Of a stretch of 51,628 bases of DNA, positions 1 to 8,550 are shown one piece after another. This DNA is from Synechococcaceae cyanobacterium (GTDB taxonomy: Bacteria; Cyanobacteriota; Cyanobacteriia; PCC-6307; Cyanobiaceae): NCBI GenBank assembly GCA_947458155.1, contig CANGZM010000001.1:1-51628 (forward strand). Direction: 5' to 3'. The notes under the pieces are model-generated. The model did no database searches. It saw only the letters and a program-made list of their open reading frames with translations, and was not told the DNA's origin. Position 1 is the stretch's first letter; each line of letters opens with the position of its first letter. The position numbers and the translations under genes were made by a program.

Positions 1-36
1 CCATACCGGACTGGAACGGCGCCATTGCGGTAAGTC

Positions 37-120
37 GGGGGCATGGCGGAATCGGTAGACGCAGCGGACTTAAAATCCGCAGGTCGCAAGACTGTGGGAG
101 TTCAAGTCTCCCTGCCCCCA
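37..120 (+). tRNA. trnL: tRNA-Leu(UAA), intron-less; probable integration target
   Basis: Acceptor stem GGGGGCA/TGCCCCC-A, D-arm TGGCGGAATCGGTAGACGC, anticodon arm GCGGA-CT-TAA-AA-TCCGC, long variable arm, T-arm GGGAG-TTCAAGT-CTCCC; no encoded CCA. Confidence 0.97.
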
Positions 121-168
121 TTGCTGAAAAGGCTTGCGGCAACTTGATTCTTGAATGCCCTGGTCAAC

Positions 169-245
169 TAGGCAGCGGCCGGGACTAGGCAAGGTCTAGG
201 CACGAAAAAGCCCAAAAAGGGCCAAACTAGGCACGGTTTTAGGCA
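169..245 (+). repeat. Five direct TAGGCA repeats; probable integrase arm-type sites
   Basis: TAGGCA at 169, 186, 197, 228 and 240, between the tRNA and the integrase start. Confidence 0.7.
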
Positions 246-253
246 CGGTCGCC

Positions 254-1375
254 ATGCCCTCCAAGGATCCGTATTTGACCCGTGTCAACCGGGCCCTCAG
301 GGACCTGGGCTGCGCGGTAGCGATTGAGGTCGCCCCCTCCGGCAAGCGCCTGCGGCTAAGGGGCACGATGCCGCTGCCCGATGGTTCCTGGAAGCAGCAA
401 CGCATCAGCACCCCGATCACCTATCCCGGTGGATTGGAGCAGGCCCGCAAGCTCGCCGAAGAGCTCGGCCGCGATATCGAGCTCCAGCGCATGGGGCTGG
501 ATCCTTTCCCCTTTGAGCGGTGGTTTGATGAGCCAAAGCTGAGTGTTGGGGTCAAAGGTGGTGCGGCTGCTGGAGATGGCATTAGCGGTGTGGAGGCGAT
601 CCGCCGCACCGAACAATGGTGGACCCAGCAACGGCGCCGTGGGGTGAGTGCCTCGGTCTCCTGGGCCACCGACTACGCCTCTCCCTTAAAGCCACTTCTG
701 TCCTTGGAGCAGATCGACCTGAAAGTCCTGAAGGCTGTGGTTGAAAGCAAGGCGGTGGGGAGCCGCAACCGGCGGCGGGCTTCAATCGCCACAGTTGCTG
801 TGGCCCGTGCGATTGGACTGGGGCCTGATGCTGTACAGACCCTCAAAGAACTGGGCAAGGGCTACACCCCACAGAAGGATGCAGCCCCGCGGGAGTTGCC
901 CAGCGATTCGGTGATTGTTGAGGTGATTGATGCGCTGCCGGCTGATTGGCAGTGGGTTGCCGGTGTGTGCGCCACCTATGGCACGAGGCCCCATGAAGCA
1001 CTGATGAAGGCCCAGGTGCAAGCCAATGGCCTTGTGGCGGTCGAGGGCGGCAAGACGGGTGCCCGCCAGGGACTGCCACTTCCGAAAATCTGGATCGAAC
1101 GCTGGTCGCTGGAAAACAAGCGCCTGCCCCGCATCAACCTCGATCGTGACCACCGCACGGTGGGAGCACAGCTGGGTGTGGCGCTGCGGCGGTTCGGGAC
1201 ACCCTTTAAGGCCTATGACCTGCGCCATGCCTGGGCGGTGCGGGCGATTCACAACCCGCAGATCAGCCCCTCCCTGGCGGCCAAGAGCCTCGGGCATTCC
1301 CTGATGGTGCACACCACCCTCTACCAGCGCTGGTTTGACAGCGCCTCGATGGCGTCACTTGTTGCGCAGATGTGA
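254..1375 (+). CDS. int: Tyrosine recombinase / phage integrase
   Basis: Catalytic motifs YGTRPHE (Arg), YDLRHAW and LGHS..HTTLY (His/Tyr); adjacent to tRNA. Confidence 0.93.
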   Translation: MPSKDPYLTRVNRALRDLGCAVAIEVAPSGKRLRLRGTMPLPDGSWKQQRISTPITYPGGLEQARKLAEELGRDIELQRMGLDPFPFERWFDEPKLSVGVKGGAAAGDGISGVEAIRRTEQWWTQQRRRGVSASVSWATDYASPLKPLLSLEQIDLKVLKAVVESKAVGSRNRRRASIATVAVARAIGLGPDAVQTLKELGKGYTPQKDAAPRELPSDSVIVEVIDALPADWQWVAGVCATYGTRPHEALMKAQVQANGLVAVEGGKTGARQGLPLPKIWIERWSLENKRLPRINLDRDHRTVGAQLGVALRRFGTPFKAYDLRHAWAVRAIHNPQISPSLAAKSLGHSLMVHTTLYQRWFDSASMASLVAQM

Positions 1376-1654
1376 GGCGAAGCCCTCCACATCCACGTAC
1401 AGGGTCCTGCGCTTGCCGGTATCGCCGGTTGTGGCGCTAACGAACTGGGATGGGATACGCCCACGGTCGATAGCCATGCGCAGGGCACGGGCGCTGGGGA
1501 AGTGCAGGGCCCTGGCGGCCTCGGCAAGGGGCAGCCAGGGGCTGCTGCTGAGCCTGGGTTTGAGATCGAGACGCGCCTGGATCACATTCAGTTGGGCACA
1601 GATGAGATTGAGCTGCTGTCTGATGTCGTCCGTAGCTGTCGGAGATGTGCTCAT
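1355..1654 (-). CDS. Excisionase-like helix-turn-helix DNA-binding protein
   Basis: WLPLAEAARALHFPSARALRMAIDRGRIP is a MerR/Xis-type HTH; convergent on and overlapping the int stop. Confidence 0.7.
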   Translation of the reverse strand: MSTSPTATDDIRQQLNLICAQLNVIQARLDLKPRLSSSPWLPLAEAARALHFPSARALRMAIDRGRIPSQFVSATTGDTGKRRTLYVDVEGFASHLRNK

Positions 1655-1713
1655 TGAAGTTGGAATCGCACAACACCATTTGAACCCCTGAGATCAGCGA
1701 ATAGGAGCTACTA

Positions 1714-1761
1714 AACCGTGCAAACCGTGCACATTCCCGGAGTTGCACGGTTTGCACGGTT
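1714..1761. promoter_or_regulatory. Perfect 18-bp inverted repeat built from tandem 9-mers; putative operator
   Basis: AACCGTGCAAACCGTGCA-N12-TGCACGGTTTGCACGGTT between the divergent xis-like and primase genes. Confidence 0.7.
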
Positions 1762-1944
1762 ATTGGGCATCCGGATAGGGCGCAAAGGGGTTCAAATGAA
1801 AAGGCCGCAGCGAAGTTCGCCGCGGCCTTGGGTTCGTTGTCACCTGATTATGGCATCTCCGGCGATTGCTGCAGCTGCTTTCTGCTGCACTGTTCCACAA
1901 CAGAAAGGCGTATTCCTGGCTGTTTACTGCCGGGGGGGTTGCCC

Positions 1945-4725
1945 ATGACCCCCTGCGATTACAACGCACTGAGGCAAGCAGCCGGTCATCTGTCCCGGCT
2001 GGGGCTCAACCTGCAGACGGTGATTCCAGTGGCGCTCCCCGCCGCGTCTTACCCAGTAACCAAGCTGAACAACCGAACCGGCCAGAGAGAGGTTCAGCGT
2101 GACAAGAACGGGAAGCCTCTACCTGCATTTGTCGGCAAGAATCCGAGTTTTTGGCTGGTCGATGGTGAGCCGAGATTGACAAGCCAGAGCAAACCGGCTG
2201 ATCAAGCTGAAGTGTTGAAACGGCTTGCGGTCGCCGAGCGACTTGGACAGCCGATCGGGCTGGCCATCATCCCTTCCAAGGATGTGGTGGTTATTGATTT
2301 TGATCGCAAGAACTACCCAAGCCAGGAGGCTTTGGATCAGGACTGGATGCGCCTACTGGATCTTTGCCCGGAGCTCACCAAGACACGCATTGAGCGCACG
2401 CCCGGCGGTGGGGTCCACATCTATGTCAAGCCAGCTGACGGGATGGATAGCTGGCGCACCGCAGCGGGGAAACTGCACTGCAATTTCACGACCATTGCCG
2501 GCGGTGAGCACTGCGGTGAGGTCCTGGCGGGCACCCGGGTGTGTGTCTGTGCCCCGACTCGCAACGGATCCGGCGGCTACGAGCTAGTCAATCCCGATTA
2601 CGCCTACAGCTTGATCGAGGTCAGAAGCCTCGGGGCCGTGGGCATCTATCCCCAGGCCAAGGCGACCAGGGCGTCCACGGAGCCGCGGCAGAGGCAGAAG
2701 CGATCCTTAAGCCAGCAGCAGCAGCAGGCTTCATCGACGACGGCACCGGCACTGGCGGAGTTGATCGGCAGCAAGGCCAAGGAGGTGCTGAATGGCGGCA
2801 GTCCCTACCGGAGCAGCGAGGGAGCGGAAGTGGACCGGAGCGCCCAGCTCACGGGATTCGTGAGGGAGGTGTATAGCTGGGTCAACCTGCTCGATCAGGA
2901 GGGGCTGCACTATGGCGGCAGTCCTGCCGGGTTGATCCAGCAGGCCGTGACGGCCCTGGCCATCGAGGACAAGTGGGAGCGGGTGCTGGCCACGATCGAT
3001 CAGGGTGATTGCCGTCATCAGGACGACGATGCCGCCCTGCGCCGTTATTGGCGGTTGGTCAGCAGTTCTGGCAGCGGCGGCAGTTTCTCTGAATCCACCG
3101 GTGTGCTCCCAGCGGCGGCAAAGCAGGGAAAGCCGACGTTGCAGCAAGCCCTGGAGGAGCTGGCGCAAGCAGGGCTCAGTGGCTCAGAGCTGTCCTTTCG
3201 GCAGGAGCACATCGGTAGTGACTACAACCGCAGCCTGCGGGATGTGCAGGGGCTCTACCAAGAGCTGATCCAGGAGCAGGAAGCGGCCATCGATGCCGAT
3301 GATTCCCTTGATCAGCTGGAGCAGCTCGGCGCCACGGGCGACCTGGATGTTCGTTCCCTGATGCCACCGGCGTTGGTGGAGGCGCTGGAGGGGATTCGCC
3401 ACAGCGCTGAGTTCCAGCACAGCACCCTGCTGGCCGTTCTCCTGGCCGGGTTTTCAGCGGCCCTGCCCCTACGCAGCTGGATCGAACTGGATCCGGCCGA
3501 GGACTTCAGTCAGCCCCTGACGCTCTGGGTTCTGTTGCTGATGCCCAGTGGTGAGCTCAAGACCCCTCTGCTGCACAGGCTGCTGGTCAAGCCCTGGCAG
3601 CAGAGCGTTGATGCGGTGGTGGAGCAAGCCCACAGGCGCCAGGTGGAGGCGTGGGAGGTCGTGAAAAAGGAGGCCGATAACGAAGGCGGTCCGCCGCCAG
3701 GTCCCAGGCCGCGGCTCCCCCAGACCCTGGTGACGGAAGACATCACCGTGCAGGGGATGGAGGTGCACCTGGAGATCCACGACAAGTGGGCCAACCGCTC
3801 GGTCTGCATCTGGCTGGATGAGGCCGCAGCGGCCCTGCGGCAGATGGCGGATCCGGCCAGAGCCGGCAAAGATGCCTCGCTGGGGGGCTGGTTGCTGTCC
3901 CGCTATGACGGCACCGGTGCCAGGGGCGCCAAGGTGGATCAGACCCGGGAGCGGCACTACAAGAGCTGCCGCCTGGCGATGGTGGCCGGCTGCCAGCCCG
4001 ACGTCTACCGGGAGATCACCGGGGACGCCGACCAGTCGGGCCTGTCGGCCCGCTTCATCGTGATTGAGCAACACAGTGTCCAGCAACATTTCCCCTCCTG
4101 CTGGACGGAGGAGGAGATCCAGCGGGCTCAAGACCTCAAGCAATTGCTCGTGCGTTGTTACAGCGTCCTGGCCCGGATCGAGAGGCTGCACCTGCGGCTC
4201 ACCCCAGAGGCCTTTGGTCTGTTTCAGGCTGAGCGGGCAGCGATGTATCAGCGCAAGCGGGCCAGCATCTCCGCAGCTGAACGCTCCTTGGCCAACAAGG
4301 CCGCCGGACGGATCGGCCGGCTGGCGGCCCTATTCCACCTGCTGTGGAGCATCGCGGAACGGGTAGAGGGTCCGATCTCTCTGAGCAACGAGGATGTGGG
4401 GGTGGACGCGATGACGCGGGCGATTCGTTTCAACCGCTTGCTGCTGGATCAAACCGTCGGCGTGCGCCTGACCTCGGCCGGCAACAGTGAGTTGGGGGCT
4501 TTGATGCTGAAACTGCAGCGGGTGGCCTGGGAGAAGCGCACGCCGCTGGCGTTGAGCACGCTGCGCCGTGCCCTCAGCGGCAAGCAGCGCCCTGATTCCG
4601 CCAAAGTCCAGTATGCCCTGGAGGTGCTGCAGGAGCGGGGCTATGGCGTCCTAGAGCCATCGGAATACAGGGGCCAGCAGGGCTGGAAGTACACCGCCAC
4701 TAGGCAACTGCTGCCGGCCAGCTGA
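1945..4725 (+). CDS. Replication protein: N-terminal bifunctional primase-polymerase plus C-terminal DUF3987-like domain
   Basis: Prim-Pol motifs VVVIDFD and RTPGGGVHIY; C-terminal MPSGELKT (P-loop-like), WLDE and GLSARF; ATG at 1945 chosen (ORF open from 1828). Confidence 0.8.
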   Translation: MTPCDYNALRQAAGHLSRLGLNLQTVIPVALPAASYPVTKLNNRTGQREVQRDKNGKPLPAFVGKNPSFWLVDGEPRLTSQSKPADQAEVLKRLAVAERLGQPIGLAIIPSKDVVVIDFDRKNYPSQEALDQDWMRLLDLCPELTKTRIERTPGGGVHIYVKPADGMDSWRTAAGKLHCNFTTIAGGEHCGEVLAGTRVCVCAPTRNGSGGYELVNPDYAYSLIEVRSLGAVGIYPQAKATRASTEPRQRQKRSLSQQQQQASSTTAPALAELIGSKAKEVLNGGSPYRSSEGAEVDRSAQLTGFVREVYSWVNLLDQEGLHYGGSPAGLIQQAVTALAIEDKWERVLATIDQGDCRHQDDDAALRRYWRLVSSSGSGGSFSESTGVLPAAAKQGKPTLQQALEELAQAGLSGSELSFRQEHIGSDYNRSLRDVQGLYQELIQEQEAAIDADDSLDQLEQLGATGDLDVRSLMPPALVEALEGIRHSAEFQHSTLLAVLLAGFSAALPLRSWIELDPAEDFSQPLTLWVLLLMPSGELKTPLLHRLLVKPWQQSVDAVVEQAHRRQVEAWEVVKKEADNEGGPPPGPRPRLPQTLVTEDITVQGMEVHLEIHDKWANRSVCIWLDEAAAALRQMADPARAGKDASLGGWLLSRYDGTGARGAKVDQTRERHYKSCRLAMVAGCQPDVYREITGDADQSGLSARFIVIEQHSVQQHFPSCWTEEEIQRAQDLKQLLVRCYSVLARIERLHLRLTPEAFGLFQAERAAMYQRKRASISAAERSLANKAAGRIGRLAALFHLLWSIAERVEGPISLSNEDVGVDAMTRAIRFNRLLLDQTVGVRLTSAGNSELGALMLKLQRVAWEKRTPLALSTLRRALSGKQRPDSAKVQYALEVLQERGYGVLEPSEYRGQQGWKYTATRQLLPAS

Positions 4726-4736
4726 GGCAGAAAGCT

Positions 4737-5025
4737 CCACCCCTAAGGGGGATCCACCCCTGCCGTGCCACCCCTTAAAACCTCCGGAACGCCAGTCAGC
4801 ACTGAGTTTTGAGTTCTAGGGGTGGAGGGGTGGACGATGACCACCGTGTTGGGCCATCGGCGGAGGCGTCGCGAAAAATTGAAGCAGTACACCCTGGAGT
4901 CCACCCCTGGGGTGGGGGGAAGATCCAGAAACCAGTTGTAGCAAGAGAAGAGAGAGTTGTTTCTTTCCCCCCAAGGGGTGGCCCAAGGGGTGGCCGAGGG
5001 GTGGGCAAGCCACGGCAAGGGGTGG
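4737..5025. repeat. Putative replication origin with octamer iterons
   Basis: CCACCCCT at 4737, 4754, 4768, 4901; AGGGGTGG at 4818, 4826, 4974, 4986, 4997, 5018; immediately downstream of the primase gene. Confidence 0.7.
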
Positions 5026-5086
5026 AACTGTGACGGGAACGGCACAGCTGGCTACAAATGGGTAGGTTTTGTCGCATAATCGCGCC

Positions 5087-5695
5087 ATGATTCCAGTACT
5101 CGACAGGCGAGAGACGGCCCTGAAGCTGGCGCGCAGCAAGGGCCTGCTCCGGACCGGGGAGGCCGCGGCCGCCGGTGCCGATCGCTCGACCCTGGCCCGT
5201 CTGTGCGAGCACGGTCTGCTGGAGCGTCTGGAGCGGGGGCTCTACGGCCTGCCATCAGCGGCCGTGCGCGAGCACGTCGATCTGGAGATCGTCGCCAAGC
5301 GGGTGCCCCAGGCGGTGTTCTGCCTGCTCACGGCTCTGCGGCTGCACGGCCTCGGGACGCAGCAGCCCCGCCGCGTCTGGATCAGCCTGCCTCGTGGTAT
5401 CCACCGGCCCGCCCTGCAGTTCCCCCTGCTGGAGGTGATCCACGTGCAGCCGGCGCTGCACCGCCTGCAGGTGGAAACGCTGCGCTCCGGTCCGATCCGC
5501 CTCAAGGTCTACGGGGTGGAGAAAACCCTGGTCGACTGCTTCCGCCATCGCCGCCGGCTGGGCATGGAGCCCGTGCTGGAAGCCCTTAAGGACGCGATCA
5601 GCCAGCGGCGGCTGAATGTCGATGGGCTGTGGCAACAGGCCCGGGCCCAGCGGATGCAGCGGGTGATGGCGCCTTATCTGGAAGCGCTCCTGTGA
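5087..5695 (+). CDS. abiEi: Type IV toxin-antitoxin AbiEi-family antitoxin / transcriptional regulator
   Basis: N-terminal wHTH (LARLCEHGLLERLERGLY), CLLTALRLHGL and EKTLVDCFR motifs. Confidence 0.85.
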   Translation: MIPVLDRRETALKLARSKGLLRTGEAAAAGADRSTLARLCEHGLLERLERGLYGLPSAAVREHVDLEIVAKRVPQAVFCLLTALRLHGLGTQQPRRVWISLPRGIHRPALQFPLLEVIHVQPALHRLQVETLRSGPIRLKVYGVEKTLVDCFRHRRRLGMEPVLEALKDAISQRRLNVDGLWQQARAQRMQRVMAPYLEALL

Positions 5696-5736
5696 AGACC
5701 AACCTGGCCGCATCGATCTGGTGACGCCTGCTTGCG
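5692..5736 (+). pseudogene. Remnant 5' end of abiEii toxin gene
   Basis: GTG overlapping the abiEi stop reads MKTNLAASIW*RLLA, resembling the usual AbiEii N-terminus (NLAAS..RLL); in-frame TGA at 5722 and the rest is absent. Confidence 0.6.
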
Positions 5737-5798
5737 TGCAGATCCACTACCCAGTTCTGCTGGCGGACCTCGGCCCACCCCGCCGAGCAGTATTGACC

Positions 5799-6479
5799 TC
5801 ACCAAGAATGTGGTTTGTAGAACGCACCTTTTGAATCCGTCATGTTGTTCGGATATTGGCAGCGACTGACAATCGCAAGTCTTGACTTGGTGATGTCTTT
5901 AAGCTTCGTGGCCACTTCCTGAAGGCCATAGCTGGGAACTCGCCCAGGCCGGCTCACTGGGCGAACTATTCTGGTCTCTTTCCCGATAGTGTCTCGAACG
6001 ACGCGGATCGGCTCGCAGAGATCTGTATCGTTAGTGATAACGATTGCAACATCATAAAGATCAAGAAATCCGTCCTTGAGTAAGTGTGTGGCCAAATTGA
6101 CATCCGACATCTTCTCTTCGATTATCCGGACGATTGCGTGCTCGCTGTCTTTGGGGCAGTCAGGCTCTGTGCAGTTTCCTCTCGGCAAAGGATTCGCTAG
6201 TGGCTTCCTCTTGTTATTGCTGAAGAATTTTCCTTTGATGATGACCACATCAGGATCCGTCCGGAGGGCTCTCCAATAAGCTCGTTGTCTACCAGACGCT
6301 CCTGGGTCGGATGGGTCAGCCGAGATCTCAGCGGTAAAATACTTGATCGTCTGTATTTCTAAGTCGGGAAATAACTGCTCAGCCAAGAGCCTTATGTTCA
6401 ACCATTTGCACCCCTTGGTCTTGTAGAGAGTCCCTGCGTACAGGTTGAAACCGTCGACGTAGACGTTGGCTTTTGGCAA
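5799..6479 (-). CDS. NYN-domain (LabA/DUF88, PIN-like) ribonuclease
   Basis: VYVDGFNLY, EEKMSDVNLA and ITNDTDL acidic PIN/NYN motifs; lower GC than flanks. Confidence 0.9.
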   Translation of the reverse strand: MPKANVYVDGFNLYAGTLYKTKGCKWLNIRLLAEQLFPDLEIQTIKYFTAEISADPSDPGASGRQRAYWRALRTDPDVVIIKGKFFSNNKRKPLANPLPRGNCTEPDCPKDSEHAIVRIIEEKMSDVNLATHLLKDGFLDLYDVAIVITNDTDLCEPIRVVRDTIGKETRIVRPVSRPGRVPSYGLQEVATKLKDITKSRLAIVSRCQYPNNMTDSKGAFYKPHSW

Positions 6480-6503
6480 GGCGTCGTGCAGGGGAAGATA
6501 CGC

Positions 6504-6532
6504 AAAAGCCGCAGAAGGTAACTCCTGCGGCT
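6504..6532 (-). terminator. Intrinsic terminator-like hairpin in the NYN leader
   Basis: Minus strand AGCCGCAG-N10-CTGCGGCT-TTT, about 25 nt upstream of the NYN start. Confidence 0.6.
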
Positions 6533-6572
6533 CTGCACCCTGCCTACAGAGAGGCAGAGGGGGTATGAGACG

Positions 6573-6602
6573 AAGTTAAAGGCGGCAGTGACCCCATGTC
6601 AA
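6573..6602 (-). promoter_or_regulatory. Sigma70-type promoter facing the NYN gene
   Basis: Minus strand TTGACA (6602-6597), 18-nt spacer, TAACTT (6578-6573). Confidence 0.55.
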
Positions 6603-7254
6603 TGGCCCGACGCTGGCTCTCGGAGGCGTCTTTGCGGCAAGGGTACATTTGCGACGCATCCCGAACCAGCAGTTCCGCCAGGCAAAGGACCAGCTTGGCG
6701 CTGTCGCAGAGCAAGGCATCCCATTTAGCCGGCGGCGTGACGCTGCAGAGCCTGGCTGCGCTGACGAGGTGCTCCGGTCGACGACGGCCGTCCTTCAGCG
6801 TGCCACGGCTGCGCCGTGGCGTGCAACGGCCAGCCGCCGCCGGCCTCCGCTCCGGGCCGGTGATTGGGGGGGCGGGCAGGGTGGCTTTCCCGCGGCTGCG
6901 GTGGCGCTGCTCATTAGGCCGGCAGGTGTCGGATTAGGTGTGTCAATAGCCAGAGATTGCCTCGCGCGGCTGCGCGGTTGTCCATCAAGCCTGGCACTCT
7001 GGCTCGCCGTAAAGATGGCCGGCTGGCTATCACTCCATCTTGGGTTGAGAGCTTGATCCAAAATTCGTAAAGTCCCTGTTGCTGCAGTCGGTCTGCTGAG
7101 TCAAAAGTGCTTTTGTACTGCTAGAATAAGGGCTGCGCCAAAGGCCCCAAGCCCATCGCCTGCGGCAATTTCATCCCCTGATCTCGCCGTCATAGCCGCA
7201 CCCTCAGCAGCGGCTTGATGCCCCGATCAGTTGTCACCTACGGCAACTGATTCC

Positions 7255-7749
7255 ATGGCTGTTTGTACTTCATCCGGGCCGCTCGTCGGCGCCGGTCGTT
7301 CGCTTGTGATCGCAGCCGGCGGCGGCCGTGATCTGGCCTGGCCCCATCAGCGGGTTGCCGCTGAGCTGCTCGCCCGCAGTGGCGGTCGGCTGGTCCATCT
7401 GCTGCTCCATGGCGGTGCCCGCGGCGCTGATGCCGCCATCGCCCGCGCCGCCCATCAATTGGGCTGGTCGGCGCTCGTCCTGCCTGCTGAATGGCGGCGC
7501 CATGGTCGGGCCGCCGGGCCGATCCGCAATCGGCAGCTCCTGGCGCTGGCTGTCGCCAAGGCCGAGGCCCACACATCCCCTGGTGTCTCCACCTCGGTGC
7601 TGGTGGTGGCCTTCCCCGGTGGGTCCGGCACCGCCTCCCTGGTGAGAGAAGCCCGCCGCCTGGCCTCCAGAAGCCCGGTGCCGATTGCCGTAGTCGAAGT
7701 CAGCCCATCCGCCGGTCTCTGGGTGTGCCCACTGCCGTCCCAGCGATAG
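7255..7749 (+). CDS. SLOG-family (DUF2493/YspA-like) protein
   Basis: GGGRD, LLHGGARGAD, AEWRRHGRAAGPIRN and AFPGGSGT motifs. Confidence 0.85.
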   Translation: MAVCTSSGPLVGAGRSLVIAAGGGRDLAWPHQRVAAELLARSGGRLVHLLLHGGARGADAAIARAAHQLGWSALVLPAEWRRHGRAAGPIRNRQLLALAVAKAEAHTSPGVSTSVLVVAFPGGSGTASLVREARRLASRSPVPIAVVEVSPSAGLWVCPLPSQR

Positions 7750-7828
7750 GTGCGCCTTGCAAATCCTTCTGCGCCTGAAGCATCCGGTTCCCATGGGCGC
7801 CCGCTGATCCCATTTGCCTTGCACTGCC

Positions 7829-8464
7829 ATGCCCGTTCTCACCCCCATCCCCGTCGCTCCCGCCAACACGGCCCCAGCAGGGGCTGCGCCAGCTGCCGCC
7901 GGCCCGATCTGCAGCCTACAGCGCTCCGGCTCCCTCTTCCAGCTGGGTATCGAGGCCCAGGAACTCACCACCGCGATCGGCCAACTGGCCGAGCAGCTCC
8001 AAACCGATGACGACGTCAGCCGCTCCCAGGTCCTCGCTGAGCTGGAGGCGGCCCTGCTCGCTGAGGAGGGCAATAAGACTGCCCTGGCGGCCAAGGCTGA
8101 CGCCACCTGCTGGGTGATCGAGCACCTGCGCGGCCAGGCCGCCTATCGCCAGCAGCAGGCCAAGCGGCTCACGGATCTCGCCCGCTGCGATGCGGATCGG
8201 GCCGATGCCCTGGAGGAATCCCTCGTCCTGGTCCTCACTCTCCTCAAGCCGCAGGCCACCCGGTTCAGCTTCCCGAACCACGAGCTCACCTCCCGCAAAT
8301 CCCAGGCCGTCGAAATCGACGACGAGGAGACCCTCGATCCCCAGTGGCTGACGGTCAAGACCTCCAGCCAGCCGGACAAGGCCGCTATCAAGGAGGCCCT
8401 CAAGGCCGGCAAAGAGATCACCGGTGTCCGGCTGATCTCCCGCCGCTCCTGGCGCATCCACTAA
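7829..8464 (+). CDS. Siphovirus Gp157-family protein
   Basis: Coiled-coil body and C-terminal PDKAAIKEALKAGKEITGVRL..RSWRI; next to an annealing-protein gene. Confidence 0.85.
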   Translation: MPVLTPIPVAPANTAPAGAAPAAAGPICSLQRSGSLFQLGIEAQELTTAIGQLAEQLQTDDDVSRSQVLAELEAALLAEEGNKTALAAKADATCWVIEHLRGQAAYRQQQAKRLTDLARCDADRADALEESLVLVLTLLKPQATRFSFPNHELTSRKSQAVEIDDEETLDPQWLTVKTSSQPDKAAIKEALKAGKEITGVRLISRRSWRIH

Positions 8465-8550
8465 GGGGCCAGAGGCCCCCTTGCGATCGGGTTCCGGTGG
8501 TGCAGCCGGAGCCCATTACCCACTGCCCACATCAATCACCAAGCATTGCC

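Noticed and set aside
37-120. Group I intron often found in cyanobacterial tRNA-Leu(UAA)
   Set aside because: The anticodon loop is contiguous; no intron
4737-5025. Possible CRISPR array
   Set aside because: Repeats are 8 bp, in both orientations and irregularly spaced; no cas genes in the window
6620-7060. Overlapping ORFs on both strands between the NYN and SLOG genes
   Set aside because: No consistent frame or motif; cannot support a gene call
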